A stretch of DNA of 64,000 bases from Pseudovirgaria hyperparasitica (taxonomy: Eukaryota). The notes beneath the pieces are model-generated. The model saw nothing but the letters and a program-made list of their open reading frames with translations, did not search any database and was not told the origin of the DNA. Each line of letters begins with the position of its first letter. Position 1 is the first letter of the stretch. The stretch lies in assembly GCA_010093815.1 (NCBI GenBank), contig ML996569.1. The stretch is one strand, 5' to 3'. Positions 1-12,674 of the stretch are shown here, piece by piece. The position numbers and the translations under genes are program-made.

Positions 1-1232
1 ACCAAATCCATTATCCTTAGGGTTATGGACCCCAGGATATTGTCGGCTAGGGTACCACAGGCTTAGTGTGCTTTGACAGCGCCTCTCAGACAGTATCGTC
101 AAGACTCCTCACGATAGTAACAACCACTGTAGGGTTCAGGTGAAATAGGACGATATACGAGCATTTCGCGCAGCGAGGCGGATATAGCTTGCTCCTACGA
201 TATCACGGTCCGTACAATTCAGGCATACGCCTCGAACTTGCTCCAAAGTAGAACCTCTCAACATTCCATAGCAACCACCTTGAGATCGAATGGAACCAGG
301 ACGCCGTTGGGCGCGTCAGATCAGACATGCACTCTACTTGTCCAGGCTTCTGAAGATACAGCTTAGCATTGTTGTGATCATTCGTCACTGGTATATTCCG
401 AGAGATTCACAGAACGATTTACATCTGATCAGCACAAGGTAGAAGAAGTATGGCGAAGATTGCCGAGGAAGTAAGCCACCATACAGCTTTCAACTCGCTT
501 CAATTCATATCAGAGTATTCTTCCCTGTGCGTCCCCACGGAACATGAATTTTTGGTCTTTCTCGCGTGAAGAGATGCTTGACATGATAAGAACCTTTAAG
601 GCGCTCGAGCGGATGGAGATATTGCAAGTCTCTGCGCCTGGTGAGTGGTTTGTGTGGGGAGTTGTTCCTGATAAGTGTGTAGTTACAGCATTCATAGGAC
701 TGCACTCTGAAGCTATCGCGACTGTAACAAATGAGCTGGCGCGGTACGGATAGAATTACGAGTGGACACTACTGATAATGTTGACCTACCTTCTGCCGTC
801 ACTGGTGCTGCTTGTCCGGATGGTTCGAAGGATATCTACGCAGTAGTCGACCCAGAAAGGCGATTTAGCATTCAATGCTCTCTTCGTTAGTCACCCGCGA
901 CATAATGCGAAATTGAGAATGTATAGTGAGTGCTGTCCAATGGGTCCGTCCCGCCATATCTCCTATATTCGAGTCGGTTATGTGCATTTCATTGTGTTGC
1001 TAGCAACTGCTTTGAGCCTATTTGTAACAGTCTTGTCACTCCTCTATAGACCGAGTGTCAAGAGATGATAATGCCTCTATGGCTGTTCAAATCCAAGTCC
1101 TGCCGCCCTTAATCTTGGTGTGTATAGATATACCTAGTATATCATCTAGCGAACGCATATGCCCGTCCAAAACGCCACGCTTACAATATGACAACAAACA
1201 AGCGGAGATACCGTTGTAAGCCATTGACGGAC

Positions 1233-2707
1233 TCATGAAAACATATCCTCGGCCCTCTTCCTTGGACCTCCGCGCCCCTTCAACTTTTCCGCGAACAGAT
1301 CTTGACTGCCGGACTTCATTGGAAACAGTTCCCTCACCGCCCCTCCTGAATTTCCAGCGGCGCCCTTGATATAGAAACCATGTACACTGTCCTTCTGAGA
1401 AGCCCCTTTGATGCTTAAGCCCTGGTCGCTCGGTCCGTTGCTGAAGTCTGGTGCTCGGACTGGTGCATTGGAGCCCTTGAGGCGCCCCGATGCTGGGCTG
1501 TTGATTCTGTCAAATAAATCGCGCACCTTTTCGCCGTTTTCGGATGTCTCGTCATTAGCGTCGAAGGCATCTGATCGACGATGATTCCCGTGCACTAATT
1601 TGCCCGGAAACAGCTCTTTCGCCTTCTTGCTAGAGCTAACTGCTCTTTCTGGGAATAGCTCGATCCCGCCATTCGCATCAGCTCGCTGAGGGGTACCAGT
1701 CAGCACGGTAGGTCGGCCATGCAATGGTGCGAGTAAGTCAGTATCCTGCCCGTGCCGCCGTGAGGCCGCTGGAGGCGTTAGGCTCCGTCTTCGAATGCGA
1801 GATCGAATGAGCGTCTCCTCCACGAAGCCCAACCGACCATCGCCATCACGGCTCGGAGATGCGCTCCGATTGCGCAAGCGGCCATCCCCCCGTCCGGCGA
1901 TGCGGCTGGCGAAGAGGTCTCCAGCGCCTCTGCCGCGGTCAAATCGTACACGTTTGCGCTGACGGTCGTCACTGGAGTCGAACGAACGCGTGCGGGAACG
2001 ACGGCGGCGATCAGGCACGCTTGTAGTACCGGTATCATCGTCATACATACTTGCATCGGTATCAATGCGCGTACCACGCTGGCGGCGCCTATGCTCGCGG
2101 TCATCGAAGCGGTTGCGCTTGTAGTCTCCATTTTCGCGTTCCTGTCTCTTCCGTTCGCGTGGATCTTGGTCGGGGTTCATGAGGTAGTAGCGACTGGCAT
2201 CGCGGGCACCGCGGGCTTTGATATCGGTGGAGATGGCTTGTCGGACGTGGAGTTTGGTATCGGGATGCGAAGAAAGAAGCTTCGCGGGGCGGAGCTGGAC
2301 GGAGGGCAGGGAAGCTGCAGAACCTGAGGAGGTAAATGCTACCAATGCATCTCGCGCAACTTCAGGTTCGGCGTATATAATGTTCGCGGAGGTGTCATCT
2401 ATCCATTCGACTTTGACGAAGTACTCGGTTGGAAAGTGTTCGTCAGAGAAGCGCCTGATGTCTGCCGTCGAAAGGTTGTCAAGTCCTCGAATATGTACTT
2501 TTTCCGGGACGAGCTCAGCCTCCATCATGTCATCGTTGCCCATAGTTGTGGTGCCGGCAGATCCGTGCTGCTGTATCTTGCGTTAGTTGACGGTTCTACG
2601 TGAAGCATGAGCGAACTTACCATGATTTCTGCCTCTGCCTCCTGCGCTGCAATCTCAGGATCTGGGCCGAGATCAATCTCCATATCGATATCCATATCAG
2701 TAGCCAT
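1233..2707 (-). CDS. Nuclear cap-binding protein subunit 3-like (DUF2414) RNA-binding protein; 2 exons (intron 2571-2620)
   Basis: Exon 1 MATDMDIDMEIDL... joins the 436-aa ORF in frame via GTAAGT...CTAAC...CAG. Motif EKVHIRGLDNLST...VEWIDDTSANI is typical of NCBP3/DUF2414; Arg-rich tail. Confidence 0.8.
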
Positions 2708-3107
2708 TTTGCCTGAGGTGGGTGAGCGTGAGTTGTGTTGTGTACTTCTGATCAGCCTTACCCAGGGAGTGTACGAGGTGACTAGCATTATGGCAAATGG
2801 CGCTAGTCCCGAATGGGTGACTACTACCATCCAGACTCCAGCTATTACCTATGTACCTAGACCACTTAACTAGAAAATGGTTACGCCGTTAATAGTACTT
2901 ACATCCTGATCTTAGAAAGGATACTTTCCGCTAGGCAGACACCAAGGTATACCAGAAGTTATTTTTACGTGTAATATGTGTGAATGTTCATTCTTAGATA
3001 CTGAGCTTTCTTTGCTCATAGTCAGATAATATACATGGTATAGCGCTTATAGCCTTGGTACCCTGGTACATAGAGGCTAGTAATTGTTTCATAATACAGA
3101 TATATAC

Positions 3108-3847
3108 TCAATTCTGTGGGGTAGCATAGATTGGGTCATCCGCAATCTTGTACGGTTGATGTTCATTACTTGCGATCCATCTCGGGTCTTTCTTGAACTC
3201 CTCAAGGTGGTCCGGATATACAGCTTTCTTTGGGCGCTCCTGAACACCTTCTCTTTGGTCTTTCATGTTTAAGGCCCTCATTTTATCGACCATAGCGTCC
3301 ATACTTTTTTCCCCTCCTGGGCGGTATCGCAAGACCTTGCTCAAATTCTTGCGCGTGAGGTCGTTCATGGGTTTTTTCTCCCGTTCTATCAGAGCTATTG
3401 TTTTGGCGGTCATTGCAAACCGCATATCCTTAGGTCCGTCGACTAGCTCGAGTATCGCTGATTCGGCCTGATCTTCCTTCAATGGTTCTATCCGTAATAC
3501 ACGTGTGTAACCTCCTGGTCGTTCAGCATAGCGCTGTCGTATCTCGGTGAACATCTTGCCCATCAGCTTCTCTGGTTGCTGTCCATTCCATTAGCATTGC
3601 GAGATAGCGTGAAGCAGATGAGAGCACTGACGAAAAGCTCTCCCTGTAACCGTATTCTCGACGCAGGTGTGTTTCTCTTGGCTAGCGTCACCAACTTCTC
3701 AGCCACCCGTTGAGCCTCCTTTGCTTTATGCCATGTCGTCTGTATTTGTTCGTGCACGAAGAGTGAGGTGACGAGGTTCCGGAGGAGCGAGCGGCGATGC
3801 GGAGTGTCACGACCTAGCTTTCGAAACTTGGAATGACCACCTGCCAT
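3108..3847 (-). CDS. MRPL8: Mitochondrial ribosomal protein bL17m; 2 exons (intron 3579-3631)
   Basis: L17 motifs [22 protein letters not shown]...TTWHKAKE and [14 protein letters not shown]; the GTCAGT...CTAAT...CAG intron joins the two ORFs. Confidence 0.93.
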
Positions 3848-3992
3848 CGCAACAACTAGATCACGGTGGTGATCTGGTGCTTAGAGCCTTGAAGTCGATG
3901 CGCTGTCTGCCCACGGCGCAATTGATGGGGCTTTGACAAGATATTAGGGCTGGACTGTCGGACATAGAATTCGCCGACTAATGTTGTTTTAT

Positions 3993-4064
3993 GTCACGTG
4001 ATGTTGACTTAATTGATTCCTGCGCGTTTCTGCAGGACGCGTGCTTGGTCCATGCGAGGCGCGT
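3993..4064. promoter_or_regulatory. MCB (ACGCGT) and MCB-like elements plus a CACGTG E-box in the divergent MRPL8/RNR1 promoter
   Basis: ACGCGT at 4037-4042, GCGCGT at 4022-4027 and 4059-4064, GTCACGTGA at 3993-4001. RNR1 genes are classic MBF (G1/S) targets. Confidence 0.65.
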
Positions 4065-4170
4065 CTCCAAGTCCGTATACAAAACCAACGCCCCTCCATC
4101 ATTTCCATCTCTCCACCCAACAACCCCCAGCATCTAATATTGAGAAGTTGTCGTCCCCACTCAATTAAAG

Positions 4171-7094
4171 ATGTTCGTTATCAAAAGAGGTAAACACTAC
4201 GTTCTGGAAACATACGCATCGTGCTAAATGCTTCTTTCAGATGGACGCAAGGAACGAGTCCAATTCGACAAGATCACTGCTCGTGTCTCTCGTCTATGTT
4301 ATGGATTAGACCCAGAGCATGTCGATGCTGCGGCTATCACGCAGAAGGTCATCTCGGGTGTGTATCAAGGCGTTACTACGATCGAACTAGACAACCTCGT
4401 AAGTACCCATGCCCGTCGCTGGTGACTACTCATTGTCCATCGCGTCCACAGATGAACACAAATTAACTTATGGTAATAGGCTGCTGAAACGGCCGCGTAC
4501 ATGACGGTTACTCACCCTGATTATGCTATCCTTGCGGCACGTATAGCCGTCTCCAATCTTCACAAGCAGACCAAGAAACAATTCTCTGCTGTCGTCTCCG
4601 ATCTATACTATTATGTGAACCCGAAGAACGGGAAGAAGGCTCCAATGATTTCCCAAGAGACATATGACACTGTCATGAAACATGCAGAGGAACTAAATTC
4701 TGCTATCGTTTATGACCGAGACTTCAATTACCAGTACTTCGGTTTCAAGACTCTGGAACGGTCTTACCTTCTCCGACTAGACGGCAAGGTCGCCGAACGT
4801 CCACAACACATGATCATGCGTGTCGCCGTCGGTATCTGGGGTGATGACATTGAACGTGCCGTTGAGACATACAACTACATGTCCAACAAGTATTTCACTC
4901 ACGCGTCCCCTACCCTCTTCAATGCTGGTACACCTCAACCGCAATTGTCGTCATGCTTCCTCGTGGATATGAAAGACGACAGCATTGATGGTATCTACGA
5001 CACACTGAAGACCTGTGCCTTGATCTCCAAGACCGCTGGCGGTATTGGACTGAACGTGCACCGCATTCGCGCGACTGGCTCCTATATCGGTGGTACTAAC
5101 GGGACCTCGAATGGTTTGGTTCCCATGCTTCGTGTTTTCAATAACACTGCTCGCTACGTTGATCAAGGAGGCAACAAGCGTCCTGGTGCCTTTGCCATCT
5201 ACCTAGAGCCCTGGCATGCGGACATCTTCAGCTTCCTTGATCTGCGAAAGAACCATGGTAAGGAGGAGGTACGTGCACGTGATCTATTTTTCGCCCTCTG
5301 GATTCCGGATTTGTTCATGAAGCGTATCCAAGAGAACGGCGAATGGACACTTTTCTGCCCCAACGAAGCACCTGGCCTTGCCGACTGCTACGGTGAGGAA
5401 TACGAAGCCCTCTATGAGAAGTAAGCCGTCCTTGTCCGCTCTTTCAATTGACCCGACGTTAACGGTTTGACAGGTATGAGAAAGAAGGGCGCGGTCGTGA
5501 GACCATCCGTGCCCAGAAACTGTGGTACGCCATTCTTGAGGCTCAGACCGAGACAGGAAACCCCTTCATGCTTTACAAGGACGCTTGCAATCGCAAAAGC
5601 AACCAAAAGAACCTTGGCACCATCCGAAGCTCCAATTTGTGCACAGAGATCATCGAGTATAGCGCACCAGATGAGGTCGCTGTATGTAACCTAGCGTCAC
5701 TTGCCCTCCCTACGTACATTGATCTCAACCGAGGCAAGTTCGATTTCGACAAGCTTCACGAAGTTGTTAGACTTGTAACTCGCAATCTCAACAAGATCAT
5801 TGAAGTCAATCACTATCCGGTTGAAGAGGCTAGACGGAGCAACTTTCGTCACCGACCGATTGGCCTTGGTGTTCAAGGTCTCGCCGATGCTTTCCTGGCC
5901 CTCAGACTTCCCTTCGAGTCACCGGAGGCGAAGAACCTTAACATTCAGATTTTCGAAACCATTTATCATGGTGCTTTGACAGCGTCATGCGAAATTGCAA
6001 AGGAGCAGGGTGCCTATGCGACCTACGAAGGATCCCCTGTATCTCAAGGCATCCTTCAATACGACATGTGGGACGTAACGCCCACTGACCTGTGGGACTG
6101 GGATGCTCTAAAAGCGGACATCGCGCAGCATGGTGTTCGCAACAGTCTGTTGGTTGCACCTATGCCGACTGCCAGTACAAGCCAGATTCTCGGCTTCAAT
6201 GAATGCTTCGAACCTTACACCTCGAACATCTACTCTCGCCGCGTTCTGGCTGGCGAATTCCAGGTTGTGAACCCGTGGCTGTTGAAGGATCTCGTTGACA
6301 TGGGACTGTGGTCTGATAAAATGAAGAATCGTATCATCGCCGATGGTGGCAGCATTCAACGCATTCCGAACATTCCAGATGATATCAAGGCTTTGTACAA
6401 GACCGTATGGGAGATCTCCCAGCGGACTATTGTTCAGATGGCCGCTGATCGTGGTGCCTTCATTGATCAGTCTCAATCTCTGAACATACACATGAAGGAA
6501 CCAACTATGGGCAAGATTACTAGCATGCACTTCACTGGCTGGAAGCTTGGTCTCAAGACCGGCATGTACTACTTGCGTACAATGGCTGCGTCAGCTCCTA
6601 TCCAGTTTACGGTCGATCAAGAAGCCCTGAAGGTCGCCGATAATACCATTGCTCGAGCTTTAGGTTCCGGAAAGAAGCGGAACAATGGACCTGGAGGATA
6701 CCCTACGACGCCTTCTCCATCGGCTGTACCCCGTCCTATGTATATGGCTAAGACTCCTAATGGCGTGAGTGATTCAGGAAACGTTAATGGTGTATCAACG
6801 CGGGCAACGACTCCACCTGCACCGGAAAACAAGCAGTTCAATGTTACTCCAAAGAAAGACGCAATGGCAGTTCCTACATTCAGGGCCGATGTGGAGGAGG
6901 GGGAAAGCCCCAAGATACTCAGCACTGATCTAAAGGGGACGTTGGAAGGCGAAGCACTTCCCGAGCCGGCTGTCGACGGACAGGAAGAAGATGCAGAGAA
7001 AGATAGCAAAGACCGTGAAGGGGATATATATGCTGATGCTGTGCTGGCTTGCAGTATCGAGAATCGAGATGCATGCGTGATGTGTAGCGGCTAG
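4171..7094 (+). CDS. RNR1: Ribonucleoside-diphosphate reductase large subunit; 4 exons (introns 4190-4240, 4399-4479, 5421-5473)
   Basis: ATP-cone start [37 protein letters not shown] catalytic motif, KTGMYYLRT, and C-terminal CVMCSG redox pair. Confidence 0.98.
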
Positions 7095-8100
7095 AGGTTC
7101 AGGCCTTGTTCTCGGGATCTGCTTTTCGGAGAGAGAGGATATACCTGCATGCTGGCGTTCGGGACAAGAGTTATGTAATGACATTGCGACGGTTTGTTTA
7201 CTATGTGCTGCAATGGTGTGTGCATATTAATAGCAATATCTGTAATACAACATCTTTATCATTACCCCTGTGTGCAGCGAGTCAAGACGAGAAATGTTCA
7301 CTGACCATACATTGGTATGTCACTTTGCACTTTAATCTGGGGTCGACTTGGCGTTTCACGCTGCCGGAGACTCCCAGCGTTTCAAAATGCACCGCACGGC
7401 ACGACAAACGACCAGAAGGCTAGACCATTGTCTCTTGGTCTAAATATCATTACTACAAGTATCAAATGCTATATTGAAAACTTACATATATATACTGTTG
7501 AAAGTTGTAATGATAGGCCTATCTTAGTTTTCATGGTACAAGGAGAAGTTCAAGATGTTTACCGTCAGTGTTCCTACTCTACCAGGATCTTGCGACTCCG
7601 ACTGGCTTCAATTTTCTGACGATGGTCGATGTGCCGGATCCTTGGTCTGTGCGTTTGGGGGATTCGGGATGTCATAATAGTTGTCTCAGAAGTTTCTACG
7701 AGCGCTCAGGGTGGAGACACGGTTAGAAACTTCTTCAAGCCTCACCCGGGTACCGGCTCTTACATTCAGACCCTTGCATGTTTGCGCGGGGGCCTATAAC
7801 AAAGATCAGGCTATTGTCCTGGATGGGTAATGATAGCGATCTGAAACGTCTTCCTCATAGCGAGTGGACTTTCTGCGGGAGAAACAACTATCTATTGGAA
7901 GGCTTGACCCCACAACGTTTTGACTGTACCATAGCATGTTTTGGAGTTTGATTTCATCAATACTATCATTGTTATAATAAGTAGTAGGTCCTTTCGCAAG
8001 GCTTCATCTCCTTCAAAGAAACTCATCATCATCGGCGCTCTGAAACGGCTTCAATTTGACCAATATTCAACCGGACTCACCTCTTGATTCTCATTCTATA

Positions 8101-8910
8101 ATGGATCTCAAGAACACCATCAAAGTTTTCTGTTTAGCAGGGCTTCTAAGTGTTATTACCCAGGCGCAATCAGTCAATCCTGGCGTTGGCATCAACCCCA
8201 ATGCTCACGGAGCCACAGAGAATGTCACCCCTAGCTCAGGGCCTAATGGGTAAGCGCTTGATATACCAAGGAGAACAATATGGCTGACATCCTTAAGTGC
8301 GATCAAATGGCTGAACAGTGGCATGGATCAGGATTCTGGCTGGAAACCCCCCTTTCTGGATTTTGACACCATCAAGCATATCTCCAAGGAACAGTTCTAC
8401 GATGGACCAGGCTCTGCTTGCAGGAAGTACGACTGGGCATTCAGTGCTGCTGCTGACGAGTTCAACATTGATGCGGCTATCCTCGCAATGATCGCACAGC
8501 AAGAGTCGTCTTGCAACGCTGATGCGGGCGGCTCAACTCCAGGTCTGATGCAAGTCGCTTGCGGCAACTACCCCGGTGGCGTCTGCCATCCCAAAGACAT
8601 TAAGCTCAACGTACGCATGGGCGCAAAGTACTTCCGCGATAGACTCGATGAGTCGGACAACAACGTTTTGAAAGCCTTGGGCAACTACAACGGCTGGTTT
8701 ACGGGCGGCTCGGGACGGAATGGGAACAAGGGGCTCACAAAGAGCTACCCTTGCTCTAACGAGGGCAAGTCAAATGGTGATCCACAGAACTTGGACTACC
8801 TCCATCAGCAAGTCAATGGATGGTTCATGGGCCTTAACCCCTACGGCGATGAAAGCTGGATCGGAACGAACCGCTGCTCGGGTTCCTGTAAAGACGGCAA
8901 AGCTTGTTAA
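8101..8910 (+). CDS. Secreted GH23 / lytic transglycosylase (SLT, lysozyme-like) protein, ~253 aa; 2 exons (intron 8250-8297)
   Basis: Signal peptide MDLKNTIKVFCLAGLLSVITQA. SLT motifs AQQESS (catalytic Glu), GLMQV, NVRMGAKYF, ALGNYNG. Intron GTAAGC...CTGAC...AAG keeps the frame. TATA-like sequence near 7973. Confidence 0.85.
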
Positions 8911-10578
8911 GCTGTCGATCTCTTTGGCGTACAGCTGGTTAGCTCGTTGACTTTCGTATACATGTAAATATCTTAGATGTGATGTGACAGCATCTGCTGA
9001 GAAGCTTATCTTTATGACATCAGGCATGTCCTCAATACATTTTGTTAGAGATTCATATGGCTCTGCCCTTATTCGTCACATCTCATTGTCAGACCCCGAC
9101 TGTTCGTAACTACATGCTCGGGGCACACTACAGAATAATGGGCCCCCTTCATAGCGTCCACACACAGAGATACGCCGACAGCACGTTCACATTGTCAATC
9201 ATGTAAGAACCACAATATACGCGGCTTGCTGAAGATTATGCAAAACTTCAGGATATGTGTGCCCGCTGATAGCAGACTGGGATGACCATGTTGTCAAGCC
9301 TCGCCCCTTGCCGAGATGCCAGAGTATGACAAAGACCTACAAGAATTGCGTGCGGCACAGTCGAAACAAGGACCAACTTCTTCCTTAGCAGGATATGTCG
9401 CTCTTCTTATGGATTGAGCCATTGTCACTCTTTAAAAATCACTCTACCGATCCAGACCTCTTGCATCACCTGTGTGATTTACGAGCTCTATTAGGATGTC
9501 CAACCCGGGGCAGCAATAGAGGAGACGATACGTCCCAATCAAAGATAGCACCGAAGTGTTTGGCTTCTACAATGCTCGTATGCTACATGGTCTTGAAGCA
9601 CACAGCGAATCAACTTTGAATACTCATGGAGCTATAGGTTTCGCCCGTGTCGTCATGATTACCTGTAGAACGATTTTAACTACTACTGCTGTATGGAGAT
9701 TGACAAGGGGCAATCCAGATCGCTGTCAGGTTGCTTGTCAATTGGCGGTCGGGAGGTACAGTGAGGCGTCGAAACACAAAGCATTCCGTCATATGAGCCG
9801 TGTATACCGCGAGCAAAGTGATTAAGTTCGAGTGTCGTAGAGCTTTGATGTGTATTGGGAGGATTCTGGATTAGGTAGTGCTGATAAAATAGTCTGGTTG
9901 CATGCTGATGATTGGTGGTATCAGGAGAATTGTAGTTCGTTCGTTCGGTAGACGTCACAAGTATGCCAAATGCGAATTAGAGGGATCTCGCCCGAACTCA
10001 CGGTGGTCAACACGGTGACGATCGAGCCGTTGAGGTTCTAGTCTCAAGTAAACAACACAGCACATGTGACATATTTACTGATTGTGAACGCTCATCAGTG
10101 ATTTATCACATGGTATGATTATATCAGAAGACCGGTCTTACTAACCTAACTCAAGCATTCCTGAGCCCCCTGGAACCATTGAAGCTCATTACGTGACAAC
10201 TGCTTATTTTGTGTTCAAGGTATTAAACCTTTGAATAAGTCAACTCGATCTTGAAGCTGATCTTTTCCCTTTGTAGAAGAGTTTCTGAAGGATCGGCGCT
10301 GGATCAACCTCATTGGCGGAGTATTATTCGGTGTCATGGACCGGGCGCTATGAATACGAGGCTGATTTGCTCAGCCCCAATACAGCTTGGTGTCAATTCC
10401 TCGAAGCGGTTGACATGTAGCACCGTTGATTATCTACAAGTTCCGAGCCAAAAACCAACCCTAGATATGTGTTGTAGTTAGGAAGTACTGTTACAGATAT
10501 CGGCAGCGTCCAAATGCCCAACCCCGTACACTGACAACAAAAGAGTCCGGAAATATCCTACTAGATCTGGAAGACACG

Positions 10579-12294
10579 ATGTCAGAAATGATAACTGATC
10601 AACATTCCACAATCGATCCTACGCTACTAGGAATCGACTTCAGCAATTCTCAGATCCTCAGTGCGGAAGAACGTTCTCCGTCCACGTTGGGAGAGAGCTC
10701 TTCTTCCTCACCATTGTCAGTGTCGGAGTCCACTCTCCAAACATCGGAAGAACCGTGTAGTCGACCGAGGACAACGAACCAACTTAAAAAATCTACGGAC
10801 CTGTCACGCAGGAAGCCCATTCCGCGGAAAGGTCACACCAAGTCACGGAGAGGTTGCTTTAATTGCAAGCGTCGCAAGATCAAATGTCAGGAGAACTTGC
10901 CAGTCTGTCACCATTGTTCCAAGGCCGGTCTGATCTGTGAGTATCCTAAAACACCTGTATATCTGCAACAGATAAGCAAGAACACCGAGAAGAGCGTTGA
11001 GGATGTGAGCGAGAAACAAGCAAGAACAGCCCTTACGTTGGCGAGAGACAGCATCATCGGATCATGCAGGCCGATAATCAACATGACCGGCACACCAGGC
11101 ACATTCGACCTACAAGATATGCGCTTCTTCCACCACTTCTTACAGCACGGGTACCCACACCTACCTATCGGTGCAGATGAGGTTTGGGTGACAACATTGC
11201 CAGCCATCGCTCACCAGGCCAGTCATAGTATTTGAAACCCGAACCACACACAACGTACTGACTACGACCAGTATGCATATCTCACTCACGCCATCATGGC
11301 CCTCTCCGCCTCTCACCTACAAGCCTTGACTCACGAGGATCTTGCCTCTGCAGCTCTCGCTCACCGCCTTCATGCCATCTCCAGCCTTAACGCCTCCCTC
11401 ACCACACCCGCCGCCACTCGCGCTGAGGCAGATGCCCGTATGGCGACGGTTATGGCGCTCACTATGCAAGCTGTGCACCTCGACGACAACTACGCCGAGT
11501 ACCTAACGCTCTCACGTGGCTGCTTCATCTTCGGCGCAGACGCACTTCTCGACGACGACCATTCTGCCTTCGCAGGGTTCAGGAATGACAGGCAAGCAAA
11601 GATCATGGCGGAGCGATTCGCCGGCGCGACACGAAGTCCATGTAATCCAGCGTTACTCGACGAGGCAATTGAGGCCGTGAACCGTGTAGGCGAGCTGTGT
11701 ACGGAAGAGTACGAGCGGGGATACGTGGAGCTGATGCTTGAAACATTACGAGCAGCGTATAGTGATGCTGCGAAAGGTATGCTTCTTTCCGTCTCCTACC
11801 GCGCCTCAACTCACACACAACCAGCATACACCTCTTTCACTAAGCTCTTCACCTATCCGTCCCTCATCCCACAGACCTCCTTCACTCACCTCCTATCCGC
11901 GCACAACCCCACTGGCTCCCTTCTCCTCGCCACACACCTCGGCGTCCAACACACTCTCATTCCCGTCCTGCTATACGAATTCCGCTCCCACGCACCGCCA
12001 CGCACACACGCCCCAAGTCGAATGAACTCCTGGATCCGCATCATTGCAGACCGGCTCGGATTCGCATATGAAAAGTACTGGGCGTGGAGTGTGAGGGTGG
12101 TTGAGAGACCGTGGACGTCGCTATTTGCGAAGGGGGCGCTGGAGGACTTTGTTGCCGGTTGGAAGAGCGCGAAGTTGGTGAAGGGAGTCAGAGTGAGGGA
12201 GGAGGATGTGAGCGTGAAGAGGGGCGCCGGAGACATTCTTGGGGTGCTAGATGAGGCGAGGGTGAGAGAAGGATTTGCGGAGTTGGTGAAATAG
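10579..12294 (+). CDS. Zn2Cys6 transcription factor (UPC2-like fungal-specific family); introns 11218-11271 (GC-AG) and 11777-11824
   Basis: RKGHTKSRRGCFNCKRRKIKCQENLPVCHHCSKAGLICEY zinc cluster; DMRFFHHF...YLTHAIMALSASHL middle-region motif. Confidence 0.88.
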
Positions 12295-12674
12295 GGGTAG
12301 GACGTGTCTCAATCTTTGTCGAAAACGTATGAGGCAGTGTGTCCAACAGTCATGGTTCCTTACAGAGGTGAATGTATTCACAATTAATGTTTCGTGCAAG
12401 AACTTTTTGGGGGGCGTGACGGGTGGAGAATGATGTTGCCAATGGTGTTTCTAACATAGCGTTAGGCATCTCATCACTTATATGATTCATTGGCATGTAT
12501 GTATGAAGACGATGCAGATAGCGATGCAAGTCAGTATTGTAACCGAGAGAAATATATCCTACAATGTGCAATTCTATGTCAGCACTTATAATCCCAAAAG
12601 TGAAATGCTCCTGGCGCCGCCGCTGCTACGATAATTGGCTAGCTATCGCTGTCATATGCCTTAACTTGAACTGA

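Noticed and set aside
1..1200. Short ORFs and a possible intron at the window start
   Set aside because: No coherent gene model or recognisable homology.
8950..10550. Possible snoRNA cluster or small gene in the long intergenic region
   Set aside because: No convincing paired C/D boxes with rRNA guides; ORFs are short and motif-free.
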